From a bacterium (GTDB lineage: Bacteria > Patescibacteriota > Patescibacteriia > Patescibacteriales > UBA12465): a DNA stretch of 64,000 nucleotides. Shown one piece after another: positions 9,310-19,048 of this stretch (its first letter is position 1; every line of letters begins with the position of its first letter). The stretch covers positions 561-64,560 of the forward strand of contig DAONEH010000003.1 of assembly GCA_035402985.1 (NCBI GenBank). Direction: 5' to 3'. Made by a program: the position numbers and the translations under genes. The notes below the pieces were generated by a model. It was not told where the DNA came from, ran no database searches, and was given only the letters and a program-made list of their open reading frames with translations.

Positions 9310-12300
9310 ATGTTAAATCCTATAAAAACAAGCGACTTTGATGCTATAAAAGTAAGCTTAGCTTCTGCAGAAAATATTCTATCATGGTCTAAGGGGGAGG
9401 TTACCAAACCTGAAACTATAAATTATCGAACCCAAAAACCGGAAAAAGATGGATTATTTTGTGAAAAGATTTTTGGTCCAGTTAAAGATTGGGAATGTTC
9501 TTGTGGTAAATATAAGAAGATAAGATATAAAGGAGTTATTTGTGATAAATGCGGTGTGGAAGTAACTAGAAGCGTTGTTCGTCGTGAAAGAATGGGGCAT
9601 ATTTCTCTACAAGTTCCTTGCTCTCATATTTGGTTTTTAAAAGGTCTATCGTCTAAAATTGGTTTAATTCTTAATCTAAGTATTCAATCATTAGAGAAGG
9701 TCGTATATTTTGCTAATTTTATAGTAACTGATGTTGACGAAAAATTAAAAAATGAAACTTTAGAAATAATAAAGAAAGAATATAAGAGCAAGAAAAAAAA
9801 TATTGAAGCAGACAATGAAAAAATAATTAATCAAATTAAAGAAGAAAAAACAACTTTAAAAGAAAAAGAAGGAAAAGAAAAAGCTGATAAAATTATTAAT
9901 GAAAAAATTGATTTAGCTAATAAAGATAAAGAAAAAAAATCAGCTAAATTAGATGAAGATTTTGAAATTGTAAAAAAAGAATTAAAAGATTTAAAACCAC
10001 TTTTAATTTTATCAGAACAAGAATATCAAAATTTAAGTTTAAAATTTGGTCATTTATTTGAGGCTGGTATTGGAGCTGTAGCTATTAAAGATTTATTAAA
10101 AAGAATTAATCTTGATAAGACTATAAAAAAATTAGAAGAAAAATTAGACACAGCTATTGATACTAAAAAAGATAAAATTATTAAGAGATTAAAGTTATTA
10201 AAAAATTTAAAAAATAATAATATTCGTCCGGAATGGATGATTTTAGATGTTATTCCAGTTATTCCACCAGATTTAAGACCGATGGTCGCCCTTGATGGTG
10301 GACGTTTTGCTTCTTCTGATTTAAATGATTTATATCGTCGAGTTATTAATCGTAATAATCGTTTAAAACAATTAATTGAATTAAATGCTCCTGAAGTTAT
10401 TTGTCGTAATGAAAAAAGAATGTTACAAGAAGCCGTTGATTCTTTAATTGATAACTCAGCTCGTAATAGTAAAATGGTAGCGGCTTCTACTGGACAAAAA
10501 AGACAATTAAAATCATTAGCTGATGCTTTAAAAGGTAAACAAGGTCGTTTTAGACAAAATTTATTAGGTAAACGAGTTGATTATTCTGGTCGTAGTGTTA
10601 TTGTTATAAATCCTAATTTAAATTTAGATCAATGTGGTTTGCCTAAAATTATGGCTTTGGAATTATTCAAACCATTTATTATTGCTGAACTTATAAAGAA
10701 AGAAATAGTCCATAATGTTAGAAGTGCTTCTCGTTATATTGAAGCTGGTCATGATGAAGTTTGGGATATATTACAAAAAATTGTTGATGAAGCTTATGTG
10801 CTTTTAAATCGAGCTCCAACCTTACATCGTCTTGGTATTCAAGCTTTTAAACCAGTTTTAATTGAAGGAAAAGCTATTCAAATTCATCCTTTAGTTTGTA
10901 CTGCTTTTAACGCTGACTTTGATGGAGATCAAATGGCGGTTCATGTTCCTTTAACTAAAGAAGCTGTAGCTGAAGCTCGAGATATAATGTTATCAACTCA
11001 TAATCTTTTAAAACCAGCTACAGGTGAACCGATTGTAGCTCCTAACCAAGATATTGTTTGGGGAACTTATTATCTTACTTTACAAAATCCAGAAAAAGAA
11101 GATATTAAATCTTTTTCTTGTGAACAAGAAGCTTTATTAGCTTATGATTATGCTTTAATTGAATTACATGAAACTATTAATGTTCGGATGAAAAAAGAAA
11201 TTATTAAAACCACTATTGGTCGTGTTATTTTTAATAAAATTGTACCAGAAAAATTACAGTTTATTAATGAAGTATTAGGAAAAGGTAAAATAAAAAATTT
11301 AATTAAAGATTGTTTAGATATTTATGGGGAAGAAACTACTGTTAAATTTATTGATGATTTAAAAAATTTAGCTTTTAAGTTTATAACTAAAAGTGGTCTT
11401 TCTTGGGGTTTTGGTGATTTACCAGAATTACCAGCTAAAGATAAATTAATTGAAGATGCTAATAATCAAGTTGATCAAATTAAAGAACAATTTGAAGATG
11501 GTTTACTTACTGAAAGTGAAAGATATAATAAAGTTATTGAAACTTGGACTACCACTAAAGAAAAAATTGCTGATATTTGTAAAGAGGGATTAAAAGATTC
11601 TTTGCCAGTTTATTCGATGATTGATTCTGGAGCTCGAGGTTCTTGGGCTCAACCGGTTCAGATTATTGGTATGAAAGGTTTAGTAACTTCACCTTCTGGA
11701 GCTATTATTGAATTACCAATTAAAGGAAATTTAAAAAAAGGTTTTTCAGTTTTGGAATATTTTATTGCTACCCATGCTACCAGAAAAGGTTTATCAGATA
11801 CAGCTATTAGAACTGCTAGTGCTGGTTATTTAACTAGAAGATTAGTTGATGTTGCCCAAGATGTAATTGTTTTTGAAGATGATTGTAAAGATAAAGAAGG
11901 TTTATTAATAGATAAAGCCGAAACCGAAAAAGACAATGATGATTTCTTTAGAAAAATAGTTGGTCGTTATTTAGCTAAAGATTTAGTAGATAAAAAAGAT
12001 CATGTTTTATTAAAAGCTGGAGAATTAATAACCGAAGAAATTATTAAAGAAATAAAAAATAAAGATATTGAATCAGCTACAGTTCGATCAGTTTTAAATT
12101 GTAAATTGCATAAAGGAGTTTGTGCTAAATGTTATGGAGTTGATTTAGCTTATAATAAAGAAGTAAAATTAGGAACTACCGTTGGAATTATTGCGGCTCA
12201 ATCTATTGGTGAACCCGGAACTCAGTTAACTATGAGAACTTTTCATACTGGAGGTGTAGCTAGTGCTGAAGATATTACTCAAGGTTTACCTAGAGTTGAA

Positions 12301-13248
12301 GAAATTTTTGAAAATCGTAGTCCTAAGAAAAAAGCTTTAATGTCTGAAGTTGATGGAAAAGTAAAAATTGAATTTGGTCAAAAAATTATAAAAGATAAAG
12401 ATGGTAAAGAAATTTCAGTTAATAATCCACAAGAAAAAATATTAAAAATTATTTACAAAGGAAAAGCTATCGATAAATACTATTTTAGAGAATTAGCTAA
12501 TGAAATAAAATTATCTGGTCAAAAATTATCTAAAAAAGATTTAGAACCTAAAGTTAAAGTTAAAGATGGTGATAAGATAATTAAAGGAACAGAACTTTAT
12601 TCTATGGCTGATAAAAATATTAAATCAGATACGGCTGGAATTGTTAAGGTTAATGATAAATTTATTGAAATTTCTAAAGAAGTTGATAAGGTTCAAGAAT
12701 TTGTTATTCCTAAAGGTGTAATGTTATGGGTCAAAGATGGCGATATTGTAAAACCAGGTGATCGTTTAACTGAAGGTAGCTTTGATTTAAAAGAATTATA
12801 TCGATTACGAGGAAGATTAGAAACTCAGAAATATATTATTAAGGAAATTCAATATGTTTATTCTTCACAGGGACAACCATTAAATGAAAAACATATTGAA
12901 ATCATTGCGCATCAAATGTTCTCTCGTTATTTAATAAAGAGTATTGGTGAAACTGAATTATTACCAGGAGAAACTGTCGAAGAAGAAGTTTTACAACAAG
13001 CTAATCTTGATATTAAAGATAAAGCTAAAGCTGAAAGATTATTATTAGGTATAACTAAAACTTCTCTTACCACTGATAGCTTTTTATCAGCCGCTTCTTT
13101 TCAAGAAACCCCTCGAGTATTAATTGAAGCAGCTTTGAGTGGTAAAATTGATTATTTAGAAGGTTTGAAAGAAAATGTTATTATTGGTTGTTTAATTCCA
13201 GCTGGAACTGGTTACAATGGAAAGAAAAAAAGAGAAATTTATAAATAA
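9310..13248 (+). CDS. rpoC: DNA-directed RNA polymerase subunit beta'
   Basis: Zinc-binding CSCGKYKK...CDKCGVEV, catalytic NADFDGDQMAVH, trigger-loop and bridge-helix blocks. Carries a Lys/Glu-rich insertion before RPEWMIL. Confidence 0.97.
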   Translation: MLNPIKTSDFDAIKVSLASAENILSWSKGEVTKPETINYRTQKPEKDGLFCEKIFGPVKDWECSCGKYKKIRYKGVICDKCGVEVTRSVVRRERMGHISLQVPCSHIWFLKGLSSKIGLILNLSIQSLEKVVYFANFIVTDVDEKLKNETLEIIKKEYKSKKKNIEADNEKIINQIKEEKTTLKEKEGKEKADKIINEKIDLANKDKEKKSAKLDEDFEIVKKELKDLKPLLILSEQEYQNLSLKFGHLFEAGIGAVAIKDLLKRINLDKTIKKLEEKLDTAIDTKKDKIIKRLKLLKNLKNNNIRPEWMILDVIPVIPPDLRPMVALDGGRFASSDLNDLYRRVINRNNRLKQLIELNAPEVICRNEKRMLQEAVDSLIDNSARNSKMVAASTGQKRQLKSLADALKGKQGRFRQNLLGKRVDYSGRSVIVINPNLNLDQCGLPKIMALELFKPFIIAELIKKEIVHNVRSASRYIEAGHDEVWDILQKIVDEAYVLLNRAPTLHRLGIQAFKPVLIEGKAIQIHPLVCTAFNADFDGDQMAVHVPLTKEAVAEARDIMLSTHNLLKPATGEPIVAPNQDIVWGTYYLTLQNPEKEDIKSFSCEQEALLAYDYALIELHETINVRMKKEIIKTTIGRVIFNKIVPEKLQFINEVLGKGKIKNLIKDCLDIYGEETTVKFIDDLKNLAFKFITKSGLSWGFGDLPELPAKDKLIEDANNQVDQIKEQFEDGLLTESERYNKVIETWTTTKEKIADICKEGLKDSLPVYSMIDSGARGSWAQPVQIIGMKGLVTSPSGAIIELPIKGNLKKGFSVLEYFIATHATRKGLSDTAIRTASAGYLTRRLVDVAQDVIVFEDDCKDKEGLLIDKAETEKDNDDFFRKIVGRYLAKDLVDKKDHVLLKAGELITEEIIKEIKNKDIESATVRSVLNCKLHKGVCAKCYGVDLAYNKEVKLGTTVGIIAAQSIGEPGTQLTMRTFHTGGVASAEDITQGLPRVEEIFENRSPKKKALMSEVDGKVKIEFGQKIIKDKDGKEISVNNPQEKILKIIYKGKAIDKYYFRELANEIKLSGQKLSKKDLEPKVKVKDGDKIIKGTELYSMADKNIKSDTAGIVKVNDKFIEISKEVDKVQEFVIPKGVMLWVKDGDIVKPGDRLTEGSFDLKELYRLRGRLETQKYIIKEIQYVYSSQGQPLNEKHIEIIAHQMFSRYLIKSIGETELLPGETVEEEVLQQANLDIKDKAKAERLLLGITKTSLTTDSFLSAASFQETPRVLIEAALSGKIDYLEGLKENVIIGCLIPAGTGYNGKKKREIYK

Positions 13249-13257
13249 TTTAAAAAT

Positions 13258-13794
13258 ATGAAAGTAGTGGTGGGTTTAGGTAACCCCGGAGATCAATATA
13301 AAAATAGTAGACATAATATTGGTTTTTTGTTTTTAGATTTTATAGCCGGAGAGCAAGCTGATTGGAAATTTAATAAAAAATTTAATGCTTTAATTTTAGA
13401 AAAAGCTGATTGTGTTTTTATAAAACCATTAACTTTCATGAATAACTCAGGTTTATCAGTTAGATCTTTTTTAGATTATTATAAATTACTTCCAAAAAAA
13501 TTAGGTTTAATTACTTTAAAAAATAATGACCTAAGTTCAACTTTAACAGTAATTCATGATGACCTAGATTTAGACTTTGGTCGTATAAAAGTTTCTCTTA
13601 ATTCTTCTAGTGCCGGACATCGAGGGATAGAATCAATTATTTGTCATCTTAAAACTAAGAATTTTAAAAGAATTCGTTTTGGTATTAATAATGAATTTCG
13701 TTCTAAAATTCCATCGGAAAAATTTGTCCTGCAAAATTTTTCCAGTAATGAATTAAATAGTTTAGAAGAATTATTTAAAAAAGTAGAATTATAG
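13258..13794 (+). CDS. pth: Peptidyl-tRNA hydrolase
   Basis: VVGLGNPGDQYKNSRHNIGF and HDDLDLDFGRIK motifs. Confidence 0.9.
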   Translation: MKVVVGLGNPGDQYKNSRHNIGFLFLDFIAGEQADWKFNKKFNALILEKADCVFIKPLTFMNNSGLSVRSFLDYYKLLPKKLGLITLKNNDLSSTLTVIHDDLDLDFGRIKVSLNSSSAGHRGIESIICHLKTKNFKRIRFGINNEFRSKIPSEKFVLQNFSSNELNSLEELFKKVEL

Positions 13795-13821
13795 ATTAAT
13801 AAAGTAGAATTATAAATTGAT
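13780..13821 (+). repeat. Tandem 21-bp duplication spanning the pth stop codon
   Basis: AAAGTAGAATTATAGATTAAT followed by AAAGTAGAATTATAAATTGAT, 19/21 identical. Confidence 0.7.
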
Positions 13822-13825
13822 ATAG

Positions 13826-13858
13826 AAAAAAGAAGGTTTTAATAACTTTCTTTTTTTT
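13826..13858 (+). terminator. Intrinsic terminator after pth
   Basis: AGAAGGTT (13831-13838) pairs with AACTTTCT (13844-13851) including one G.U pair, then a T8 run. Confidence 0.55.
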
Positions 13859-13884
13859 ACTTATTTTCTAAAAAATGTTATAAT
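13857..13884 (+). promoter_or_regulatory. Promoter with extended -10 (TTACTT-16-TGtTATAAT)
   Basis: TTACTT at 13857-13862; TG at 13876-13877; TATAAT at 13879-13884. Upstream of the pilin gene. Confidence 0.5.
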
Positions 13885-13930
13885 CCTATATAGCATGAAA
13901 CTATTAATTTAGAAAAATAATTTTAAACAT

Positions 13931-14365
13931 ATGGCTAATATTAATTCTCAAAAAAAAGCTTTTACTTTAATAGAATTATTAGTAGTTGTTGCTATTATTG
14001 GTATTTTAGGTAGTTTAGCAGCTATATCTTTACAAAGTGCTCGTTCTAGAGCCCGAGATGCTAAAAGGGTATCAGATATTAAACAAATTCAAATTGCTTT
14101 AGAGCTATATTATAATGATTATAATGAATATCCAGCTAGTATTGCTAATTCTATTTCTTATGGTGATAATATTTTTATGTTAATTGTGCCAAGTGCTCCC
14201 ACTCCAGCTGATGGTGATTGTGATGATGTAAATAATTCTTATATTTATGCTACTCAAGGAGATAATAGTTCTTATACAATTTCTTTTTGTTTAGGTAATG
14301 ATACGGGATCTTTATTAGCTGATACCAATAAAGCAGTTCCTGGTGGTATAATTTCAATTCCTTAA
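13931..14365 (+). CDS. Type IV pilin / pseudopilin (prepilin-type N-terminal methylation domain)
   Basis: KAFTLIELLVVVAIIGILGSLA is a class III signal peptide with a hydrophobic alpha-1 helix. Confidence 0.85.
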   Translation: MANINSQKKAFTLIELLVVVAIIGILGSLAAISLQSARSRARDAKRVSDIKQIQIALELYYNDYNEYPASIANSISYGDNIFMLIVPSAPTPADGDCDDVNNSYIYATQGDNSSYTISFCLGNDTGSLLADTNKAVPGGIISIP

Positions 14366-14395
14366 TAAAGTTATTTTTTAGATATATAAAATTTA

Positions 14396-14419
14396 AACCA
14401 AGGTTATCCTTGGTTTTTT
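14396..14419 (+). terminator. Intrinsic terminator after the pilin gene
   Basis: AACCAAGG-TTAT-CCTTGGTT followed by TTTT. Confidence 0.6.
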
Positions 14420-14430
14420 ATAATTAAATA

Positions 14431-15312
14431 ATGAAAAATAACGATGAAAAAAATTTTTATATTGCGTTTAATTATTTAATGAATTTTACTTACAAACGCT
14501 ATAAATTATTATTGAATAGTTTTGGTTCTTTAGCTAAGGCCTTTTCATCTAATACTTTTGCTTTAATTAAATCTGGTTTAGAATCAGACATTGTTTCTGA
14601 TTTTATAAATAAAAGGAAAAGTTTTGTTTTAGAAGAGGTTTTAAAAAAGATAGAAGAGGAGAAAATTAAAGTTTGTTTAATTATCGATGATGATTATCCT
14701 AAATTATTAAAAAAAATTTATTCTCCACCTCCTATTTTTTATTATAAGGGTAATTTAAATATTAATTGGGATTTATCTTTAGCTGTAGTTGGTTCGCGTA
14801 AACATAGCTTTTATGGTCAAAAGATAATTGATACTTTTATACCCAATTTGGTTGATAAAAATATAGTGATTATAAGCGGTTTAGCCGTTGGAATTGATTC
14901 TTTAGCTCATAAGTCCACTTTAGATAATAAGGGCCAAACAGTGGCTGTTTTGGGCTCAGGATTGGACTATTTTAGCCTTTATCCCCAAATTAATAGGGAT
15001 TTGGCTGATAATATTGTGAAAAATAATGGTTTATTAATATCAGAATTTCCTATAGGGACACCACCTTGGGCCTATAATTTTCCTCAAAGAAATAGAATTA
15101 TTGCTGGTTTAAGTCCAGCGACATTAGTAATTGAAGCTGGTATTAAATCTGGTTCTCTTATAACCGCTAGATACGCACTAGATGAAGGACGAGAAGTTTT
15201 AAGTATTCCAGCTGATATTTTTTCAGATTTTTATAGCGGTAATAATAATTTAATAAAAGATGGAGCTCGAGTTATTACTAATATTGATGATATAATAGAT
15301 GTTTTTCTGTAA
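14431..15312 (+). CDS. dprA: DNA processing protein DprA (Smf)
   Basis: Rossmann-like DprA core: VVGSRKHSFYG...ISGLAVGIDSLAHKSTL...FPQRNRIIAGLS. Confidence 0.9.
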   Translation: MKNNDEKNFYIAFNYLMNFTYKRYKLLLNSFGSLAKAFSSNTFALIKSGLESDIVSDFINKRKSFVLEEVLKKIEEEKIKVCLIIDDDYPKLLKKIYSPPPIFYYKGNLNINWDLSLAVVGSRKHSFYGQKIIDTFIPNLVDKNIVIISGLAVGIDSLAHKSTLDNKGQTVAVLGSGLDYFSLYPQINRDLADNIVKNNGLLISEFPIGTPPWAYNFPQRNRIIAGLSPATLVIEAGIKSGSLITARYALDEGREVLSIPADIFSDFYSGNNNLIKDGARVITNIDDIIDVFL

Positions 15313-15383
15313 TTTTTTGATATTTGTGTTTTTTTTATTTTAATATTATAATTGTTTTATAAAAGTTTTTTATTATAAAATAT

Positions 15384-17582
15384 ATGAATTTAATAATAGT
15401 AGAATCACCAACCAAAGCTAAAACAATTTCTAAATTTTTAAATAAAAATTATATAGTGGAATCATCTTTTGGTCATGTTCGAGATTTACCAAAAAGTGAA
15501 TTAGGTATTGATTTGGAAAATAATTTTATACCTAAATACATAATTCCTAATAAATCAAAAAAAAGAGTAGCTGAATTAAAGAAAATAGCTAAAAGTGCTA
15601 ATTCTGTTATTCTAGCATCTGATGAAGATCGAGAAGGGGAAGCTATTGCTTGGCATTTAGCTAATGTTTTGTCTTTGGATAATAAAACAGCTAAACGAAT
15701 TGCTTTTCATGAAATAACCAAAGATGCTATTTTAAAAGCTATTGATAATCCTAGAACAATAGATCAAAAAATGGTTGATGCCCAACAGGCTCGAAGAATT
15801 TTGGATCGTTTGGTTGGCTATAAATTATCACCTTTTTTATGGAAGAAAGTAGCTAAAGGATTATCAGCTGGTCGAGTTCAAAGTGTGGCTGTCAGATTAA
15901 TAGTAGAAAGAGAACGAGAAATTAAGGCTTTTATACCTACAGAATATTGGGATATTGAATCAATTTTAGATAAAAATGGGAATTCTTTTTCAGCTAAGTT
16001 AATTAAGATAAATGATAAAACAATAGATAAGTTTTATTTTAAAACTGAGGCTGACACAGAAAGTATTATTGAATCTTTAAATCAAGGTAAATGGGAGATA
16101 AAAAGTATTGATAGTAAAGAAAGTAGTAAAAATCCATTAGCCCCTTTTATCACTTCAACCTTACAACAGACAGCTAATCATCGTTTAGGTTTTAGTGCTA
16201 AACAAACTATGATGGTTGCTCAAAAATTATATGAACTTGGTTTTATAACCTATATGAGAACTGATTCATTTAATTTAGCAGAAAAATTTAAACTAGAAGC
16301 TCATGATTACATTAAAAGTAAATTAGGTGATAAATATTTATCAAATGGAATAAAAACTTTTAAGAATAAAGATAAAAATGCTCAAGAAGCTCATGAAGCT
16401 ATTCGTCCAACTTTAGCTTTTAATGAACCTCAGACTATAGTTAATAAATTAGATAAAAATCAATTTAAACTTTATCAATTAATTTGGCAAAGAACTTTAG
16501 CTTCTCAAATGTCATCAGCTATTTTAGATACAGTCACAGTTGATATTAAAGCTGGAATAAAAAATGAATATCTATTTAGATCTAATGGTCAAACTATAAA
16601 ATTCAATGGTTATTTAGAAATTTATCCAGAGAAGGTTAGCGAAAATGAATTACCACAATTAAATCAAGGTGATTACTTAGATTTGAAAAAAATAAATAAA
16701 AATCAACATTTTACTCAAGCTCCAGCTCGTTATTCTGATGCTAGTTTAGTTAAGGAATTAGAAAAACATGGTATTGGTCGACCTTCAACTTATGCTCCAA
16801 CCATTGCTACTATTATTGAAAGAAATTATGTTAATCGGGATAATAAAAAAAGATTATTTCCAACTGATATTGCTTTTGTTGTTATTGATTTATTAATAAA
16901 TCATTTTTCAGATATTGTTAATTATAAATTTACAGCTGACATGGAAAATGATTTAGATGCTATTTCTGTTGGTAAAAAAGAATGGGTACCGGTTATAAGA
17001 AATTTTTGGGATCCATTTGATAAAAATTTACAAAATAAATATAAAGAATTAGATAAACAAAATTTTATGCCAGAAGAAGAAACTAAAGAAGTTTGCGACA
17101 AGTGCGGTTCTAAAATGATCGTAAAAACTGGTCGCTATGGAAAATTTTTAGCTTGTAGTAATTTTCCAGAATGTCACAATATTAAATCAATGAAGAAAGG
17201 AGAGACTAAAAGTCAGATTGATAGTCCGGAATTAATAGAGTTAAAAGAAAAATATAAAAATGTTAAATGTGATAAGTGTGGAGCTAATATGATTGTTCGA
17301 ATGGGTAAATTTGGACCATTTTTAGGTTGTAGTGCTTATCCTAAATGTAAAAATTTACAGAATATTGGTTCAGATGAAGTTGATATTAATTGTCCAGTAT
17401 GTAAGACTGGTAAGATTGTTAAGAAGTTTAGTAAAAGGGGAGTCTTTTATGCTTGTAATAATTATCCTAAATGTAAAAATGCTTATTTTGCTAAACCAAC
17501 AGGTGAGAAATGCAAGAAATGTGGTTCTTTAATGGTAGCTGATAAAGAAGGAAATAGATGTTCTAATAAAGAATGTGATTAA
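15384..17582 (+). CDS. topA: DNA topoisomerase I
   Basis: TOPRIM domain (LIIVESPTKAKTI, DEDREGEAIAWH), active-site region YMRTDS, and four C-terminal Cys4 zinc ribbons. Confidence 0.95.
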   Translation: MNLIIVESPTKAKTISKFLNKNYIVESSFGHVRDLPKSELGIDLENNFIPKYIIPNKSKKRVAELKKIAKSANSVILASDEDREGEAIAWHLANVLSLDNKTAKRIAFHEITKDAILKAIDNPRTIDQKMVDAQQARRILDRLVGYKLSPFLWKKVAKGLSAGRVQSVAVRLIVEREREIKAFIPTEYWDIESILDKNGNSFSAKLIKINDKTIDKFYFKTEADTESIIESLNQGKWEIKSIDSKESSKNPLAPFITSTLQQTANHRLGFSAKQTMMVAQKLYELGFITYMRTDSFNLAEKFKLEAHDYIKSKLGDKYLSNGIKTFKNKDKNAQEAHEAIRPTLAFNEPQTIVNKLDKNQFKLYQLIWQRTLASQMSSAILDTVTVDIKAGIKNEYLFRSNGQTIKFNGYLEIYPEKVSENELPQLNQGDYLDLKKINKNQHFTQAPARYSDASLVKELEKHGIGRPSTYAPTIATIIERNYVNRDNKKRLFPTDIAFVVIDLLINHFSDIVNYKFTADMENDLDAISVGKKEWVPVIRNFWDPFDKNLQNKYKELDKQNFMPEEETKEVCDKCGSKMIVKTGRYGKFLACSNFPECHNIKSMKKGETKSQIDSPELIELKEKYKNVKCDKCGANMIVRMGKFGPFLGCSAYPKCKNLQNIGSDEVDINCPVCKTGKIVKKFSKRGVFYACNNYPKCKNAYFAKPTGEKCKKCGSLMVADKEGNRCSNKECD

Positions 17583-17611
17583 GATAAATAGAAAAGTAAA
17601 ATAGATAAAAT

Positions 17612-17645
17612 AAAAAAACAGATTAAAATCTGCTTTTTTATTTTA
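17612..17645. terminator. Bidirectional terminator between topA and trpS
   Basis: CAGAT-TAAA-ATCTG flanked by an A-run and a T-run. Confidence 0.45.
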
Positions 17646-17671
17646 TATTTATTATTTATTTTTTATCTATA

Positions 17672-18670
17672 TTAATCAAAATAATTTAATTTCATACTTT
17701 TCTTAACTCTCTTTAAGGTTTCACTAGCTTTAATCTGAGCTTTTTTAGTACCATCTTTTAATATTTTTTCTATTAATTCTGGTTTATTTTCATAATACTT
17801 ACGACGTTCTTGAAATGGTTCTAAAAATTTAATAATATTTTCAGTTAATTCTTTTTTACATTGAACACAACCTCGTTGACCATTTTGACATTCTTTTTTT
17901 ATATTTTTTAAGTTAGAAGAATTAAACATTTGATGATAAGAGAAAACTGTACAAACTTCTGGTCGTCCTTTATCATTTAATTTAATTTTTTCTTTATCAG
18001 TTAAAGCTTTTTTTATCTTAGTCTCTATTATTTCTGGTTTATCAGCAATATAGATAGCATTATTTAAACTCTTACTCATTTTTGAATTTCCGTCTAAACC
18101 TTTAACTCGGCCAAAATTTCCCAATAAAGCTTCAGGTGTTTTTAAAGTCTGACCATAAATATTATTAAATTTTTTAACAATATCTTTGGTTTGTTCTAAC
18201 ATTGGTAATTGATCTTCTCCGACAGGAACTAAATCAGTATCAAAAGCAGTAATATCAGCTGATTGACTTACGGGATAACCTAAAAAACCATAAGTAACAC
18301 TATCTTTAAATAATTCCTTTTTTTGTTCTATTTCTTTTTTAACAGTTGGATTTCTTTGTAGACGAGAAATACTTACTAAATTAGAATAAAAAACAGTTAA
18401 TTCAGCTATTTCAGGAATCATTGATTGAATAAAGATAGTAGCTATTTTAGGATCAATACCAACAGCTAAATTATCTAAAACAACTTCTTTAACATTTTGT
18501 CTAACTTTATTAGGATCATTAAAATTATCAGTTAAAGCTTGAACATCAGCTACCATTATATAGGTCTCATATTCGTTTTGTAATTTAACTCGATTTAAAA
18601 GAGAACCAAATAGATGTCCAATATGAAGTTGTCCGGTTGGTCGATCACCGGTAAGTATGATTTTTTTCAT
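17672..18670 (-). CDS. trpS: Tryptophan--tRNA ligase
   Basis: Class I aaRS with a HIGH-type motif (TGQLHIGH) and KMSKS. Confidence 0.95.
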   Translation of the reverse strand: MKKIILTGDRPTGQLHIGHLFGSLLNRVKLQNEYETYIMVADVQALTDNFNDPNKVRQNVKEVVLDNLAVGIDPKIATIFIQSMIPEIAELTVFYSNLVSISRLQRNPTVKKEIEQKKELFKDSVTYGFLGYPVSQSADITAFDTDLVPVGEDQLPMLEQTKDIVKKFNNIYGQTLKTPEALLGNFGRVKGLDGNSKMSKSLNNAIYIADKPEIIETKIKKALTDKEKIKLNDKGRPEVCTVFSYHQMFNSSNLKNIKKECQNGQRGCVQCKKELTENIIKFLEPFQERRKYYENKPELIEKILKDGTKKAQIKASETLKRVKKSMKLNYFD

Positions 18671-18675
18671 TTTTG

Positions 18676-19017
18676 TTATTTTTTAGATTTTTTTGTGTTC
18701 TTTTTTTTAAAATTTTCTTCCTCTTCTGTAAAACTTTTATTTCTTTGATCTTCTTTCTTTTTATTAAAAAAATCAACGGCTTTATCAACTAAATTACCTA
18801 AAAGTAAAAGATAAGAACTACTTTGTTTTATCTTGCTCTTTATTAAATCAACTAAATTATTAATTTTATCAACTCCACCTTCTATTTGTTGACTGATTTT
18901 ATTAATTCTTTTTAAGTTGGCAATTAAATAGTAAAGAGCCACACAAAGAAAGATTACTAAAACCACTACGGAAACAGAGATAGAAATATTTAAAATATCT
19001 CGACTAGTTTCAAACAT
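18676..19017 (-). CDS. Small membrane-anchored protein (DUF948-like) with a Lys-rich tail
   Basis: One N-terminal TM helix then predicted coiled coil. Sits inside the aaRS gene string. Confidence 0.55.
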   Translation of the reverse strand: MFETSRDILNISISVSVVVLVIFLCVALYYLIANLKRINKISQQIEGGVDKINNLVDLIKSKIKQSSSYLLLLGNLVDKAVDFFNKKKEDQRNKSFTEEEENFKKKNTKKSKK

Positions 19018-19048
19018 AAAATTATTATTAATTTTTATTTAAAAGAGA

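Noticed and set aside
17332-17532. Same-strand, out-of-frame ORF inside the topA zinc-ribbon region.
   Set aside because: The topA frame encodes recognisable Cys4 ribbons here. The alternative frame gives a low-complexity product.
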